Notes under the pieces: generated by a model
What the model saw: only the letters and a program-made list of their open reading frames with translations
What the model was told of the DNA's origin: nothing
The model's database searches: none
Position numbers and translations under genes: made by a program
Origin: Octopus vulgaris
Taxonomy: Eukaryota
Direction: 5' to 3'
NCBI GenBank assembly: GCA_951406725.2
Contig: OX597823.1
Location: forward strand, 48,484,001 to 48,548,000
DNA length: 64,000 bases
Shown: one piece after another, positions 50,939 through 63,594 of the stretch
How the letters are laid out: every line of letters begins with the position of its first letter
Position numbering within the stretch: the first letter of the stretch is position 1

Positions 50939-52079
50939 TTATTCTAGCCACCAAATTTCTTCATATGCAGTTAATATTTAATATGTTTAATCTGTAGCTG
51001 CCTATTTTATATTGTTTATATTAACTTGAATTCTCAAATCCACTCTAAATAAATACTGGATTATACGGACTTACTAATTTTTTGAAGTTATTCTACATTT
51101 ACTATATAATACAAAGAAATTATTCAAGAAGCATTGATGTTACAAAATAAAGGGGAAAATAGTTTTTAGAATATCAATTTCAGAAATATTAGTTACCTAC
51201 ATCATTTGTATGTGAAATGTTTCATTTATTGTGTGACCAGTATTTATTATTCAGAAGCATATTGTCTTTAAAATTAAAATATGAAATTGTATTTTGCATT
51301 TTTTGTTATTACTGTGGTTAGTTTAATGGATATTTATTGGTGCTGGCTGGAACTAAGCGGAGATTACTTTCTTTGAATCAATCTTCATACTGAACTAGTA
51401 GAAATTAAGCTGCAGACAAACTTTACTTTAATAGATGTATGGTCATGAGGTAAGCAATTACATGTTCAGAGTCACAGATCTAACATTCTGGATATGCTGT
51501 GTTCCATAGTTTCAGGATCATACTCTTCACACTGCTATATTTTGGACTGATATCAGTTTCTAATGATAGCTGCAACAAAAATGGGGAGGGTACAGAATTG
51601 CTTGATAACTCCTTAACAAAACTGGAATTGGTGCACCCATTGATACTACATATTTTTTGATATGTGTATTTCATGTTTGTTTAGACTGGATAGGAAGAAG
51701 ACTGCTTTTCAAATAGTAGTATCATTCTTTTGTGTTATCGATGTACCTGGGTCTATTAGTACATATTAAGAGTGTGTCATTTACAGCAAACAATGGTTTA
51801 AGTACTAGTTGTGGTTTTAAAATGTTTGGGATCTCTAAGCTGATAATTTGTTGTTTGCCAGGCATGTAGAAAAAAATTGGGGGATGCTAATAGATGTTTT
51901 AATGCAAAGAAACAACAAATGATGTTCTATAAAGGAACAGATTTTAAAATTATCTAAATTGCGTATTGTTTTAATAAACAGGAAAGCATTTTGAAGATAT
52001 GATAAATTCATTTGATAATCAAATCTTATTGTAGTTTTCTACGCAATTTTGTTAATGGCATTTGTAATTAAAAAGCTTC

Positions 52080-53900
52080 TCTATTATTATAACTCTAGAA
52101 CCATTTGATATCAACAATGCATCAGCAACTGTTTTCATGCAAAAGAAAGATGGTAAAATAAGAATGCCTGCAAATTATCAAGTACATACAAATGATAAGA
52201 TTGAAACTTTTTCTCATCCAACTCCTCATTTTCAAAAACTACCCACTGGTGTACAAGGAGTAAAGTTTTGTATCTTCAATTGTCTTAACAAGTATATATT
52301 GGTGGAATGGTTTTCATGAGGGCTTTAATGGTCAGTGTATAATAAATGTAAGTTTTTACCTAGATGATTGACAAATGGGTTTTAAAAACAGCAGCTCCAT
52401 TTCCCAGTATCATGCAGTCTATAGTCAATGGAATTAATGGCATAATTATCTATCACTATAATATATTCCTCTTTGTAGCCATTCAGAATAAATTCAAGAA
52501 CTGAGAAAATACAGTAATTGCTAGTTTGAAAGGATTCAGTATATCAGTTAATCCAGATTTCAAAGAATGATATCAAATCATTATACCATCCGATAGACAA
52601 GATCCAGGAGTTGATAAACTATTACTTTTGGTTAAAACTTATAGATTTAGTTATCCCTTTCCATGCGACAAAAAGAAATGTCTCTTTTTGGAGAATACAT
52701 CAAAAACTTCTTACGCAATGTACTGTTTTGTCATCATTTCTTAGTCATTATGAAACAACTCTTGCTGTTGATGCTTCTGGGTTTGCAAGAACAAAAATGA
52801 TGTCCCACAAAGGAAAGCTTGTAGTATATATTAGGCATACAGCTGTTAGTATTCAGAAAAATTGGATCAATATTGAATGTAAAGCCTACACAAATGTAAG
52901 ATGCTTTGAACATTGAGGTATGTTTTATTCCAGAAACATCTCACACTATAAACTGAACGTCAATCATTGCATAATTTCAATGGAACTTGATCGTTTCTCA
53001 TGAACTTTTCTGTCAATAACTAGGTGAACCCTCATCTTATTATATGGATTCAAAATTATTCACAAGCATGGTAAAACAATTAGTCATGTTAATGTTTTTC
53101 GAAGACTATAGAAGGCTCAGATGAGTTTAATAGGGTTTTTCACAAATACATTACATTCTGGCATAAGTAATGCAGAATTCATTTTTTATTGAGTCTCAGA
53201 CTGTTGAAGACATCAAAAATCATTTTAAAACATACACTCTATGTTAACTTAAGAAAGAATTATATTGCTGAAAAGATTAGTCTTGACTAAATCTTTTATA
53301 ACAATTTGCCAGACGCTCTTGTAAGCTGATTGTAGAGAATGATCTTAAAATAATTATTCCTGAATCTTATTTAGATGAAAATTCTTTCCACAATTTATGA
53401 TATACACAGGGGTGTAAAACAAACACTGAAGCATTTATCAGATCATGTAATGCGTACTAAAATCAAATTCAAAGGCTAACCTTGTACTGTTAAGTGGCCT
53501 GGATCACATCGTTGGAAAATATTACATATGTGTTGGGGTAGACACATGCAAAATACTCAAAACGTTTTGATCATAGCCAATTTTGTTATTACTTAGATTG
53601 AAGCCTTTTATGTTCCAGTAGGAGCTTAGAAAATGTAAGGAAACAATCATTTTCCATCCTCTGTAGATTTGGCATTTCAATGACAGTAGTATCAGACAAT
53701 GGATCAGATTCATTCACTGAAAGGACTGGTTAGATTAATTTAGTAGAAAGAAAATTGAAATTTCTACATATAGTCCAAAGCTTAATAATGTAAAAGAAAG
53801 AGATGTACTTACGATTGAATCTATATTAAAAGCTTAAAGTCCACCTACAGAAAAGTTTGAGAATGTTTGCTACAGCATCTTTTCAACACTCACAGTACAT
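52080..53900 (+). mobile_element. Highly degraded Ty3/Gypsy pol (RT, RNase H, probable integrase)
   Basis: KKDGKIRMPANYQVHTNDKIE (RT start) and ETTLAVDASG..KGKLVVY..KNW..IE (RNase H); many stops. Confidence 0.8.
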
Positions 53901-54759
53901 CTGACACATGAAAGTTATCTCTAGAGGAGGAATTATTTAACAGCAGTCTAGAGAAGCAGTAAATCTTTTATGTAAGGTTGCACAACTGGTTCATTACAAT
54001 ATGTATTTCCTATGCAAAACACATTCTTCAGGTATTTTCCCTCAGCTGTTGTCAGCACCATCATCATTATCATCAACATACTGTACACATCTAGTTTTCC
54101 ATACTAGCATAAATGGACACAGATTTCAAAGAATGATATCAAAACATTATACTGTCTAACAAACAAGATCCAGGAGTTGATAAACTATTATTATTGGCTT
54201 ATACTAAAACTTTCAGATAAAGGGTGTTATATATACATGCAACAAAAAGTAATGTATTTACTTGTGGAATGCATAAAAAACAACCCTTTAAGACAACAAG
54301 AGAAATCCTTATACAATATTTGTTTTTTATATGTTCTTTCTGTTGCCAATCATTATTTATTTTTCAAACAAAACATTTTATTTCATTGCTTTTCATAGGA
54401 TAAAACCAAGCCATAAAATATATTGTTTACTTCTCATGAAAACAACATCACCATTTTTGCTCACATGGAGGCAACATGTAAACACATAATAAGACCCATA
54501 CATTTATGAAAATGGATTCAGCTGTTCAACCAACATGTGTCTTTGTCTTTCTGTTTGTCCTCCCCCACCACCATCACCACAACTTGACAACCATTGTTGG
54601 TGCTTTTTATGTCCATGAAACTTAGTGGTTCAACGAAAGAGACTAAAAGAGTAAGTACAAGGCTTGAAAAAATACAAAATGTACTGGAGTTGATTCCTCA
54701 AGTCAGTGGCCCAGTATAGCCACAGTTTAATGACTAAAACAAGTAAAAAATAAAAGATG

Positions 54760-55215
54760 TCGCCGTCGTCGTCGTCATTGTTTAACGTACGCTTTCCATG
54801 CTGGCATGGGTTGCACAGTTTGACTGAGGACTGGTAAGCCAGATGCTGCACTCAATCTGATCTGGCAAAGTTTCTACAGCTGGATGCCCTTCCTAACGCC
54901 AGCCATTCCAAGAGTGTAGTGAGTGCTTTTACATGCCACCAGCATAAGGGCCAGTCAGGTGGTTCTGGCAACGACCACGCTCAAAAGGAGCCAGTCCGGT
55001 GGCACTGGCAACAACCTCTAGTTCTGAAAGTGACTCAGCAATTAGAGCAAGGTCATCAGCATATAGGCATCCTGTCTTGAATTCCTCTGTTATTGCCTGG
55101 AGGACTATGATGAATAAGAGGGGGATGAGGACTGATCCGTGGTGGATCCCTACCTCTTCTTCACTGTACTCGTTGCCAACCCTCACCTTACTGACAGCAT
55201 CCCTGCACATGGCTT
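54760..55215 (-). mobile_element. Family C joined to an RTE RT fragment
   Basis: VSKVRVGNEYSE..GSVLIPLLFIIVLQAITEEFKTG..LYADDLALIAESLSELE at about 55014-55215; family C at 54760-54985. Confidence 0.9.
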
Positions 55216-55549
55216 GCTTTCATACCCTTAATTGCTTTATCTACCAAGGTACAGTCAATTCAGATAGCTGGTCTCTCTGTTGGGTCAGCATTCAACAGAC
55301 TCTCTTTCTCCCATTCATTCTCTTTCCTTCCATTCGATTGTAAATACGCTGCTTCTAAAGATAATTTCAGTCAATTATGTATATACAAGCAAGCTGGTCC
55401 TACTTTGATTTACAATGTTATAATGGGTTGGACTTTAACAAACTGTAATTAATTGAGCTAATAATTACTGTGGATTTATTTTTTTATGTTTATACTTCAA
55501 TTCTCTCTCTTTCCCTCAGTGTGCATGTGTATATGTGTGTGTGTGTATA

Positions 55550-56129
55550 CAGGGTGTGATGGGTAAATTCTTGCCATTTTATATGCAAGTACATTGTTTG
55601 TTTTTGATTTTCTCAACTACACAGTATAGTAGGGTCAGTTGGGCACTGTCTGTGAGAAAAACAGCACAATGACGCAATTCACTCTGCCAGAAATTTCGAA
55701 ACGACATGCTGTACTGCTTGGCATTAACACCAGAAGCTCTAATACGAGCATTTCAGAGTGTTTGGGTGTCAATCTGAGGACATATATTAAGAGTGATAAA
55801 AATCAAACATCCAGTCAACATTGGTTATTATATGTGGGGCACAGATGAGTGAGAGCCCAACAAAACTCCTGGTAACATCAAAGATGAACTGAATGCAAGG
55901 ATTATGGCAGCATTCACCAACTTAATCAAGGAGACTGTCCAGAAAAGTTGCAGGAGATTCTGAAGTTGTCAGGAGGCCATAGTTGAAGCCAATGGCGATT
56001 TTATTGAATAAATTTACTCCTTAGTATTTCAAGATATCTTTATGTAATTTTGGTAAATATATGTTAAAATGAAATGTCAGTGCTATTTTCATTTTTGCAT
56101 AAGTTAGACAACAGTTTATTCACGGCATC

Positions 56130-56132
<3 letters not shown>
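55550..56132 (+). mobile_element. Internally deleted Tc1/mariner (maT/DD37D-like) element
   Basis: TA-CAGGGTG...CATCCTG-TA imperfect TIRs; N-terminal remnant ISECLGVNLRT; C-terminal YYMWGT..KDELNARIMAAF..EAIVEANGDFIE*. Confidence 0.85.
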
Positions 56133-56198
<66 letters not shown>

Positions 56199-56215
56199 TA
56201 TACATATACACACAC

Positions 56216-56265
<50 letters not shown>
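56133..56265. repeat. (TA)n/(CA)n microsatellite
   Basis: Direct inspection. Confidence 0.95.
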
Positions 56266-56267
<2 letters not shown>

Positions 56268-56276
56268 TTATATGCA

Positions 56277-56745
56277 TCATAATCATCATCATTTAATGTC
56301 TGTTTGCCATGCTGGCATGTATTGGACAGTTTGACCAGGCTGGCATGCTGGAAAGCTGCACCAGACTCCAGTCTGGTTTGGCATGGTTTTCTACAGTTGG
56401 AAACATTTCCTAAAGCCAACCATTCTGAGAGTGTAATGGGTGCTTTTACAGCCACCAGCATGTGTGCACTTGGCTTGATGGGTCCTTCCAAACACACTAA
56501 ATTGCCAAAGGTCTTTGTCATTCTAGTCATTACCTATGTGAGGCTCAAAGTTCGAAGATCATGCTTCACCACCTCATCCCCTGTCTTTCTGGGTGTACCT
56601 CTACCACAGGTTCCCTCCACAGTTAGAGATCGGCACTTCTTTACACAGCTGTCCTCGTCCATAAACACATGACAATACCAGTGCAGTTGTCTCTCTTGCA
56701 CATCACATCTGATGCCTCTTATTCCCAACTTTTCTCTCAAGTTTC
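56277..56745 (-). mobile_element. RTE LINE 3' coding end plus family C tail
   Basis: LREKLGIRGIRCDVQERQLHWYCHV..VEGTCGRGTPRKT..VVKHDLRTLSLT, then family C and (GAT)n. Confidence 0.9.
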
Positions 56746-56854
56746 TTACACACACACACACATATATATATACACATACACACACACAAACTGTTTTAAA
56801 TAATATATGTAACCCTAACTAAATTTCCTTCATTTGTCCAAACATAAATATATA

Positions 56855-57066
56855 TGTGAATGTCCCCCACAACCACTTGACAACTGGTGCTGGTGTGTTA
56901 ATGTCCCCATAACTTAGCAGTTCAACAACAGAGTCCGATAGAATAAGTACCAGGCTTACAAAAAAAATAAGTATTGGGGTCAGTTTATTCAACTAAAAAT
57001 TATTCATGGCAGTGCCTCAGCATGGCCAGTCTAATGACTGAAACAAGTAAGACAAAAGATAAAAGA
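56855..57066 (+). mobile_element. SINE family B 3' half
   Basis: cttgacaactggtgctggtgtg..gactgaaacaagtaa. Confidence 0.85.
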
Positions 57067-57721
57067 TTTACTTTTACTAGTCTTAGCTCAAAAGCTGTGG
57101 CCATGCTGGAGCACCGCCATTATACATATATATATGTATCATAAACAAAGGAATGCAGATATTGGTATAACACTTTTTTAATCAGTGACAATTATTTCAA
57201 TAATCATTAGAATTTTTAGATCAATCAGCATGATGGGTCATACATAGAGAAAATAAGTAAATCGACACAATATTAAATGAAAGTGATACTAACTATCTCT
57301 TCAAACTAGATATAATGGTAGCACTGCAAAAGATACTGATTTTCATAGTAGATTTTAGTTTATTAAATACTATGAAATCAAAAAGACCATAGGAAACAAG
57401 GTAATAAATTATAAACAACAGGTTGTCATATTATCAGACAAATTTCATTGTGTGTCTATTAAATATTTTATATCTACTAAAGGAAGGAATATTTCACCAA
57501 TGCCTTAAAGAAAATTCCCAAGTTAAATGAGGCTACATGAACTGTGAAAGGAGTTGGGGGTTGAGCCACATAATATTTCTCTTATGTAAACCTCTTTCTA
57601 GCAGTAATTGGGTGTTGTATGGTTAATTTCAAATCTTTACTTGGTTTCCTGCCATCATAGGATGTATGATGATAATCATTCTAGTACAGCTTATCATATG
57701 TATACTTAATATTCCTGCCTT

Positions 57722-57938
57722 TTAGGTAGTGAGCTAGCAAAATTGTTAGCATGCCGGGCAAAATGCTTACTGACATTTCATCCATCATCACAATTTAAGT
57801 TCAAATTCTCTCGAGGTTGATTTTGTTTTTCATTCTTTCAGGATCAATCAAATAAATAGCAGTTGAGTACTGGGGTTGATGTAATTGACTTAATCCCTTC
57901 CTCAAAATTACTGGCTTTGTGCCAAAATTTGAAATCAA
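57722..57938 (+). mobile_element. SINE family A
   Basis: gtgagctagcaaaattgttagcatgccggg..gttcaaattc. Confidence 0.82.
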
Positions 57939-57949
57939 TTTCTTACAGG

Positions 57950-58400
57950 TTGGGGCTTATTATTTATGTTATCCAGGTTCACATTAGCACTTCTAAGGGA
58001 AACTGGAGTATAATTCCTGTTATTGTCTGTAAGGAGTATTGTATCCTTGTACTACTTTTGATTATTTAAGATAGTAGTTTGTCCAGATGTGAGCTTGTGA
58101 TTATAATAATATTCTGGCCCTTGTTAGTATTATCGTAAAAGCAAAATTTTCCATATTAGTTGTATTACAATGTGCATACACTTGTAAACATAGCCTGGTA
58201 ATCCTTACACATTTATTAAGTACTGTTGTCTAGGATTTGCCAAATCATTTTGGTATACCTAATCCTTGCTAAAGCTGCATTATGATAATTTGCATTTTGA
58301 GAGGAATTCTCATTAGCAGAAAGTTTGGATATAGTAAACGAAATACTTTTAATGATGAGCTTAATGACATTGGGCTAACTTAGCAAGAGTCTAAAATTCA
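57950..58400 (-). mobile_element. Degraded Penelope-like element fragment
   Basis: PNVIKLIIKSISFTISKLSANENSSQNANYHNAALARIRY (post-RT thumb-like region) and YQA..YYNHK (GIY-YIG region remnant). Confidence 0.6.
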
Positions 58401-58961
58401 TTAACAAAAATTCCAACCAACCTAGAGTAGTAATTAATTCCCACCTGGCTTGTCATTATTTGTGGTCATAGCTATTTATAAGAGATTTAACATTGGGGAA
58501 ATAATGGGACAATCTGTCACTATAATCTCCTTACTTATTAACAATAAGATAAACTAAGAATCAACATCCTTCAAAAATCAAGCAGACAAATTTAAGAGAC
58601 AAAATTATGCATTTATGGTGCCAACAATTTTCGGTAAAAGTTATGACAGGAAAACAATTAGCCTCAGAATATAAATACATGCAAACGATAGATTGCTATA
58701 AAAATTAAAACATTATATCAAACTTAAAAATGAATGCACTGAAAATGTTGGCACTTTTTAAACCACTGGTTTAAAAAAAAAGTGTTCATGGTGCATTTGA
58801 ATGCATTTGAACACAATGTAAGAAATATATATACACACAGAGGTGCAAATGAGTTCATGTGTGCATATGTGTATACGTATGTATATATGTTTGTGTGTAT
58901 TTATGCACCTTTAAAATTCTAAAAATGTCCTTCCACATATTGTATTACATCTATTACTCAC

Positions 58962-59074
58962 TCTCTTAATAATTTTAAACATGTTTCTTTTTTCACTCGC
59001 CATGTTATCCTTTCTGTTATGGTAACCCCAAGTAAAAGTTTCATATTTATTTGTATCTCTGCAAGCTCTTGTGG
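58962..59074 (-). other. Candidate exon (113 nt), possibly upstream part of the PH gene
   Basis: Acceptor aatcttttctttattag, donor GA|gtgagt; open frame TRACRDTNKYETFTWGYHNRKDNMASEKRNMFKIIKR ending in phase 0; no recognisable homology. Confidence 0.3.
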
Positions 59075-59632
59075 CTAATAAAGAAAAGATTTTCATTATT
59101 GTCCATGGTGTTGCTGTTGCTGTTGTTGTTGTTATTATTATTATTATTATTGAATTATTGGTATTTTTATAACTGTTAAATTAATTAAATTATGTTGTTT
59201 TGCTTTGTTTTGTTTTGTTTTTTTTTCTTGAACATTTGAGAGAAAATGTTAAGAATTCCTAAAATAGAGAAAATTAATTGCCGGCTTTTCTAATATTAAC
59301 ATTGTCAAAACAAAATCAATGTTTCTTAGGTAAAGAAAATTTTTACTAAGTGCTGCAGAGTTAAATATTGTTTGTGAATTTCTATGAATATACATTTGCA
59401 TTATACCATTTCTTTTTAATTTATACCTTAAGTTGTTTATAGTTGATTTAGAGTTTAAGAAAAAAGCAAGTTTATTTGAATCTTGATAAAATCAGAAAGT
59501 TATCTTTTTTTTTTTTTTCACTACATTCCCTCAGGCAGAAACATTAATTATAATACAATGAAAAAATGCAAGCAGCTGCTTTTCTAAGCCATAGGAAATG
59601 AAATATTGGCTCTACATCAAATACTGATAGGG

Positions 59633-59674
<42 letters not shown>

Positions 59675-60267
59675 TGGAAACAATTTTTACAATAGAACAA
59701 AGCTGGTTTTAGGGGTGTCATTTTATTATTTAATATTAATGTAATAACATTGATAACCTACACAAAATTCAGCAAGTTCATGCCTTCTAAGTACTTAAAA
59801 CCAGATTCAGAGTAGATTTCACTAAATCTGCAGTTAAATTTATGACTTCTCATTAAAAGCAGTCTATCCTAAATATTTTCTTCTCTTATTTGTAAATATA
59901 CATTACTGTTAATACTGCAATGGTTCTAATGTGTGTCAGCTGTGGAAATCTATTATAGTGTTTAATTAAACTAAATCTTGCTTCTTTTATTGATTACTAT
60001 ATATATTTCTTAACAAATTTTCACAACTTCGGAGCATAAATTTTTCTTTTACACCTGTTCCACTCTCAACACAAACACATTACTTCTGGTCCAATCTTTT
60101 GCTAATCTGGCATCGTTTCTTAGCTTATTCAGCTGCTAAGTTCCTCAAATCCATTGTACTTTTACTACAAATTCGCCAAATCTACTATTCTTTTATCACT
60201 GCCAGACCTACATGTGTAGAAAACTGATATCCTAAGCAATGTATACCATCACCAACTTTTAACTTAC

Positions 60268-60368
60268 TCAAATACATCAATACTTTATTTATTTGTAACA
60301 TGCATTTGTGAACAATAGCGTCATTATTTTCAAACAGGTCAATCTGTGGTTCACTGCTTTTCTGATGA
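60268..60368 (-). other. Candidate exon (101 nt)
   Basis: Long pyrimidine tract tttctaccctcttttgtctctccccctgtcag, donor GA|gtaagt; open frame HQKSSEPQIDLFENNDAIVHKCMLQINKVLMYL. Confidence 0.3.
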
Positions 60369-60486
60369 CTGACAGGGGGAGAGACAAAAGAGGGTAGAAA
60401 GTAGCTTTTCAACAAGAGCAGAATACTAAGAGCTACCTTTTGCTGATATGTATATTTTCCTGACAATATACACACATCTCTCTCTC

Positions 60487-60527
<41 letters not shown>

Positions 60528-60635
60528 AAGCAATTATAGACATACATACACAAGACACACACAAATATATATGTATATATGCATATAAGTATATGTATGT
60601 GTGTGTGCATAGATAGAGTGATAGATAGATATACA

Positions 60636-60953
60636 CAGTGGTGGACTGGTCTCAAAATATTGATCGCCAGGCAACTAAGGGTCTCCATGCGCAACTACAA
60701 GGGGCCCCACCTGCAACTACAATGCTATCATTTAATTTTTGAATTGTTTTGTTAAAAGTATTCTTTTCAACTGTTTACAAACATAGCCAGGCAGAAATAA
60801 TTAATGCATTCTTCCAGGAGTGAATAAAAAAAATTCTCAAACTTGAGTGGATGGGCTCCTTAGATACTAACATGGACCTCCATATATGGATTGTAATGGC
60901 ACAGGGGCCCACTTGCCATTGGGCAAGCTGGCAACCTGACTGGTCTGCCACTG
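60636..60953. mobile_element. Non-autonomous hAT MITE
   Basis: TIRs cagtggtggactgg / ctggtctgccactg; perfect 8-bp TSD gatataca at 60628 and 60954; GGGGCCC subterminal motifs. Confidence 0.92.
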
Positions 60954-61689
60954 GATATACACATACGTACGTATGTATGTATGTATGTATCAAATAATGA
61001 AGGATCCATGAAATCCAGGCAAATGCCTCAGTCAGCACTCAGTTCAGAAAAAATGGCAGTAATAATATAATAATTTTATATAATTTAATTTAAGTTAACT
61101 AAATAAAATATTAAAAAAAGGTTTTAATAAACTGGCATGAACAATCAATTAATAACTCATTATATTTAGTAATTAGTCCAGACTTACAACTTAGGATTTC
61201 AAGTGCTTCCGTGAAACATGAATTACAATCATCCTACCCACTTTGTACAGAGGTGCAAAATGTATAATTGACCCTGAACCAAAGTAATTACTATTTCTAT
61301 AATTAATGTCCCAAATATATTTTATTATTAATTTATTAAATAACACATGCTTATTATTGAAAGAATGTCTGTGATTATTCCATCTAGATTTGAATTCTCA
61401 AACTGTAACACTGATATAGTAACATACTTTATTGGGTGTCTGAACAGAATATTTATATACTAAATTTTTCTTGAGGCACTATTTACACAAAATACATTTA
61501 TATCAATCCCTACAGTCACAGTTACTCTTAGGTTTATTATCAAGTAAAGAATCATTAGTTGTACCATTACTAAAATTATAGATTGGAAGAGGCACAGAAT
61601 CAGTAGTAACATTCATGTTTGATCAAGATACATTACTAACAGAGGAGCTACTGTAATAATCAGAATAACTTGCATGGTTTTTCATTTTG

Positions 61690-62330
61690 CTTAATTCCTT
61701 ATCTTTAATACTGGTTATATTATCATCTAAATTAGGTGTGGTAGGGTTTGGAAATTTAACAGTGTGCCAATTGAATAACTTACAATATTGACTAGGAGGA
61801 AAATGCCAGTCCAATGCTTGGAAGAAAACTACAGGCTTATCCATGGTTACCTGATGTGTGAAAAGAGGGTTAAACCACAAAATATTCCACTTGCATAATC
61901 TACATGTTCCTTTATTGCTATTCCATTTTAGAATTAGGTTTCTATTTACTGTTATATGAAGTGATTATGATTGTCACTAAATTTTGTGTTCATATGCTTA
62001 ATCCTACTACTTCTATAAGCTATAACACAGTCATTCGAATTACAAGGTTTGGGATATTGGTTTTGGAGAAAGGTTTTAAGGGTATTTGGATTCTTTATAC
62101 CCTTAACTAGAGAGATGCTCCCATTAATACTGCTAGGGATTATTGTTCCCACATTTGGCTGACTACAATTCCTGCTCAATCTCAATGCATGCTTGACCTT
62201 GTGATTAAAAGCATTGTAGCCAGATGATTGTTATTGTCACTTTGTCATACACTAGGGGATACAACCAACAATCCTTAGATGGAACAATGCGTTTGTCATT
62301 AGAAATTTATTCAATTTTACCAGTGTATCT
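61690..62330 (-). mobile_element. Degraded Penelope-like element fragment
   Basis: NILWFNPLF..V......FFQALDWHFPP....KLFNWHTVK matches the Penelope WFNPP...HFP..KIFN.NTVK linker motif. Confidence 0.8.
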
Positions 62331-62775
62331 GACTTTAGTTTAAGTTGTATTGCAGTAATTGGTATTCAGAGCAAAAATATTTCCTCATTGGCAGAAAGTC
62401 TAGATGTTCTAGATGTGATGCTCCTAATTATAGCAGCATCAACAATGATTTGAGTTTCTCTATCCCCATGAGTCCATAATTTATCGTCAGTTTTAATAAT
62501 TGTTCTCTTAACTGCTAGAATCGACATCGTCTAGACAGATGGGAGTTGTTTACAGCAAAAATAAGGGCTTAATTAAGTGGAATAGGGGTTATAGATGAGA
62601 AATAACAAAAACTATCAATCTGCATAAATTTAATATTTTCTTTATTTTTCCAAGCCTTTAAACTAGTTAATAACTTCAATGGTATTGGATTATAAACTAA
62701 GTTGAATTTTGATTGAAAGTACTAGAAGTTAATAACTTGTCAAACCCAGAGCCACATGGCTGCAAAGTGAATTTA

Positions 62776-62870
62776 TTAACCCTTTCGTTACTGTATTTAT
62801 TTTGAGATGCTCTGTGTTTCTTTCAATTATTTTAGATATAACAAAGAATTTATCAAAATAACTTAGTTAT
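62776..62870 (+). mobile_element. piggyBac-type MITE family 2, 5' fragment
   Basis: ttaaccctttcgttactgtatt, near-identical to the start of 63095. Confidence 0.85.
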
Positions 62871-63094
62871 TAACCATGCTCATTAGCGTCCAAACATTTA
62901 TAAAAATGATGGAAACAACCACTGTAGCTTGAAAATTAATCTTATCTCCTACAGGATGGATACAAAGTAATCTGAAACTGTTTAGATGAACAAGTTTTTT
63001 TTTTCTCTAAACACTGAGTGAGAAGGGATATTGCCAAAGACTCTTACTGAGTAAGAAGGGGTATTGCCAAAGACTCTTACAAACCCTTCAAATC

Positions 63095-63321
63095 TAACCC
63101 TTTTGTTACTGTATTTATTTTGAGATGCTCTGTGTTTCTTTCAATTATTTTAGATATAACAAAGAATTTATCAAAATAACTTAGTTATCATTCAGCTAGT
63201 GTTAGGAACATAAATTGGGACTAAGATTTGGTGGAAGATTTTAATTCAAAACTTACAAAAATAAGACATTTGTACTCAGATCCAGAGCCGGTTTCAGGCA
63301 GATTAGTAATGAAAGAGTTAA
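63095..63321 (+). mobile_element. piggyBac-type MITE family 2, full length
   Basis: Colinear with 32374-32592. Confidence 0.85.
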
Positions 63322-63594
63322 TCACCTAACTATCCACAAACTCAATCAAGGAATATTGGATTATGGAAACATATTCTGCATTCCAAGATGAAGAGAGATT
63401 TCTTAACCATGCTCATTAGAGTCCAAACATTTATAAAAATGATGGAAACAACCACTGTAGCTTGAAAATGAATCTCATTCCCTACAGAATGGATACAAAG
63501 TAATCCGAAACTATTTAGATGAACAAGTTTTTTTTTCTCTAAACACTGAGTGAGAAAGGGTTTGCCAAAGACTCTTACAGACCCTTCAAATCTA

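Noticed and set aside
61623-62185. ORFs initially suggestive of an endogenous virus
   Set aside because: The WFNP..HFP..FN..TVK motif identifies a Penelope relic
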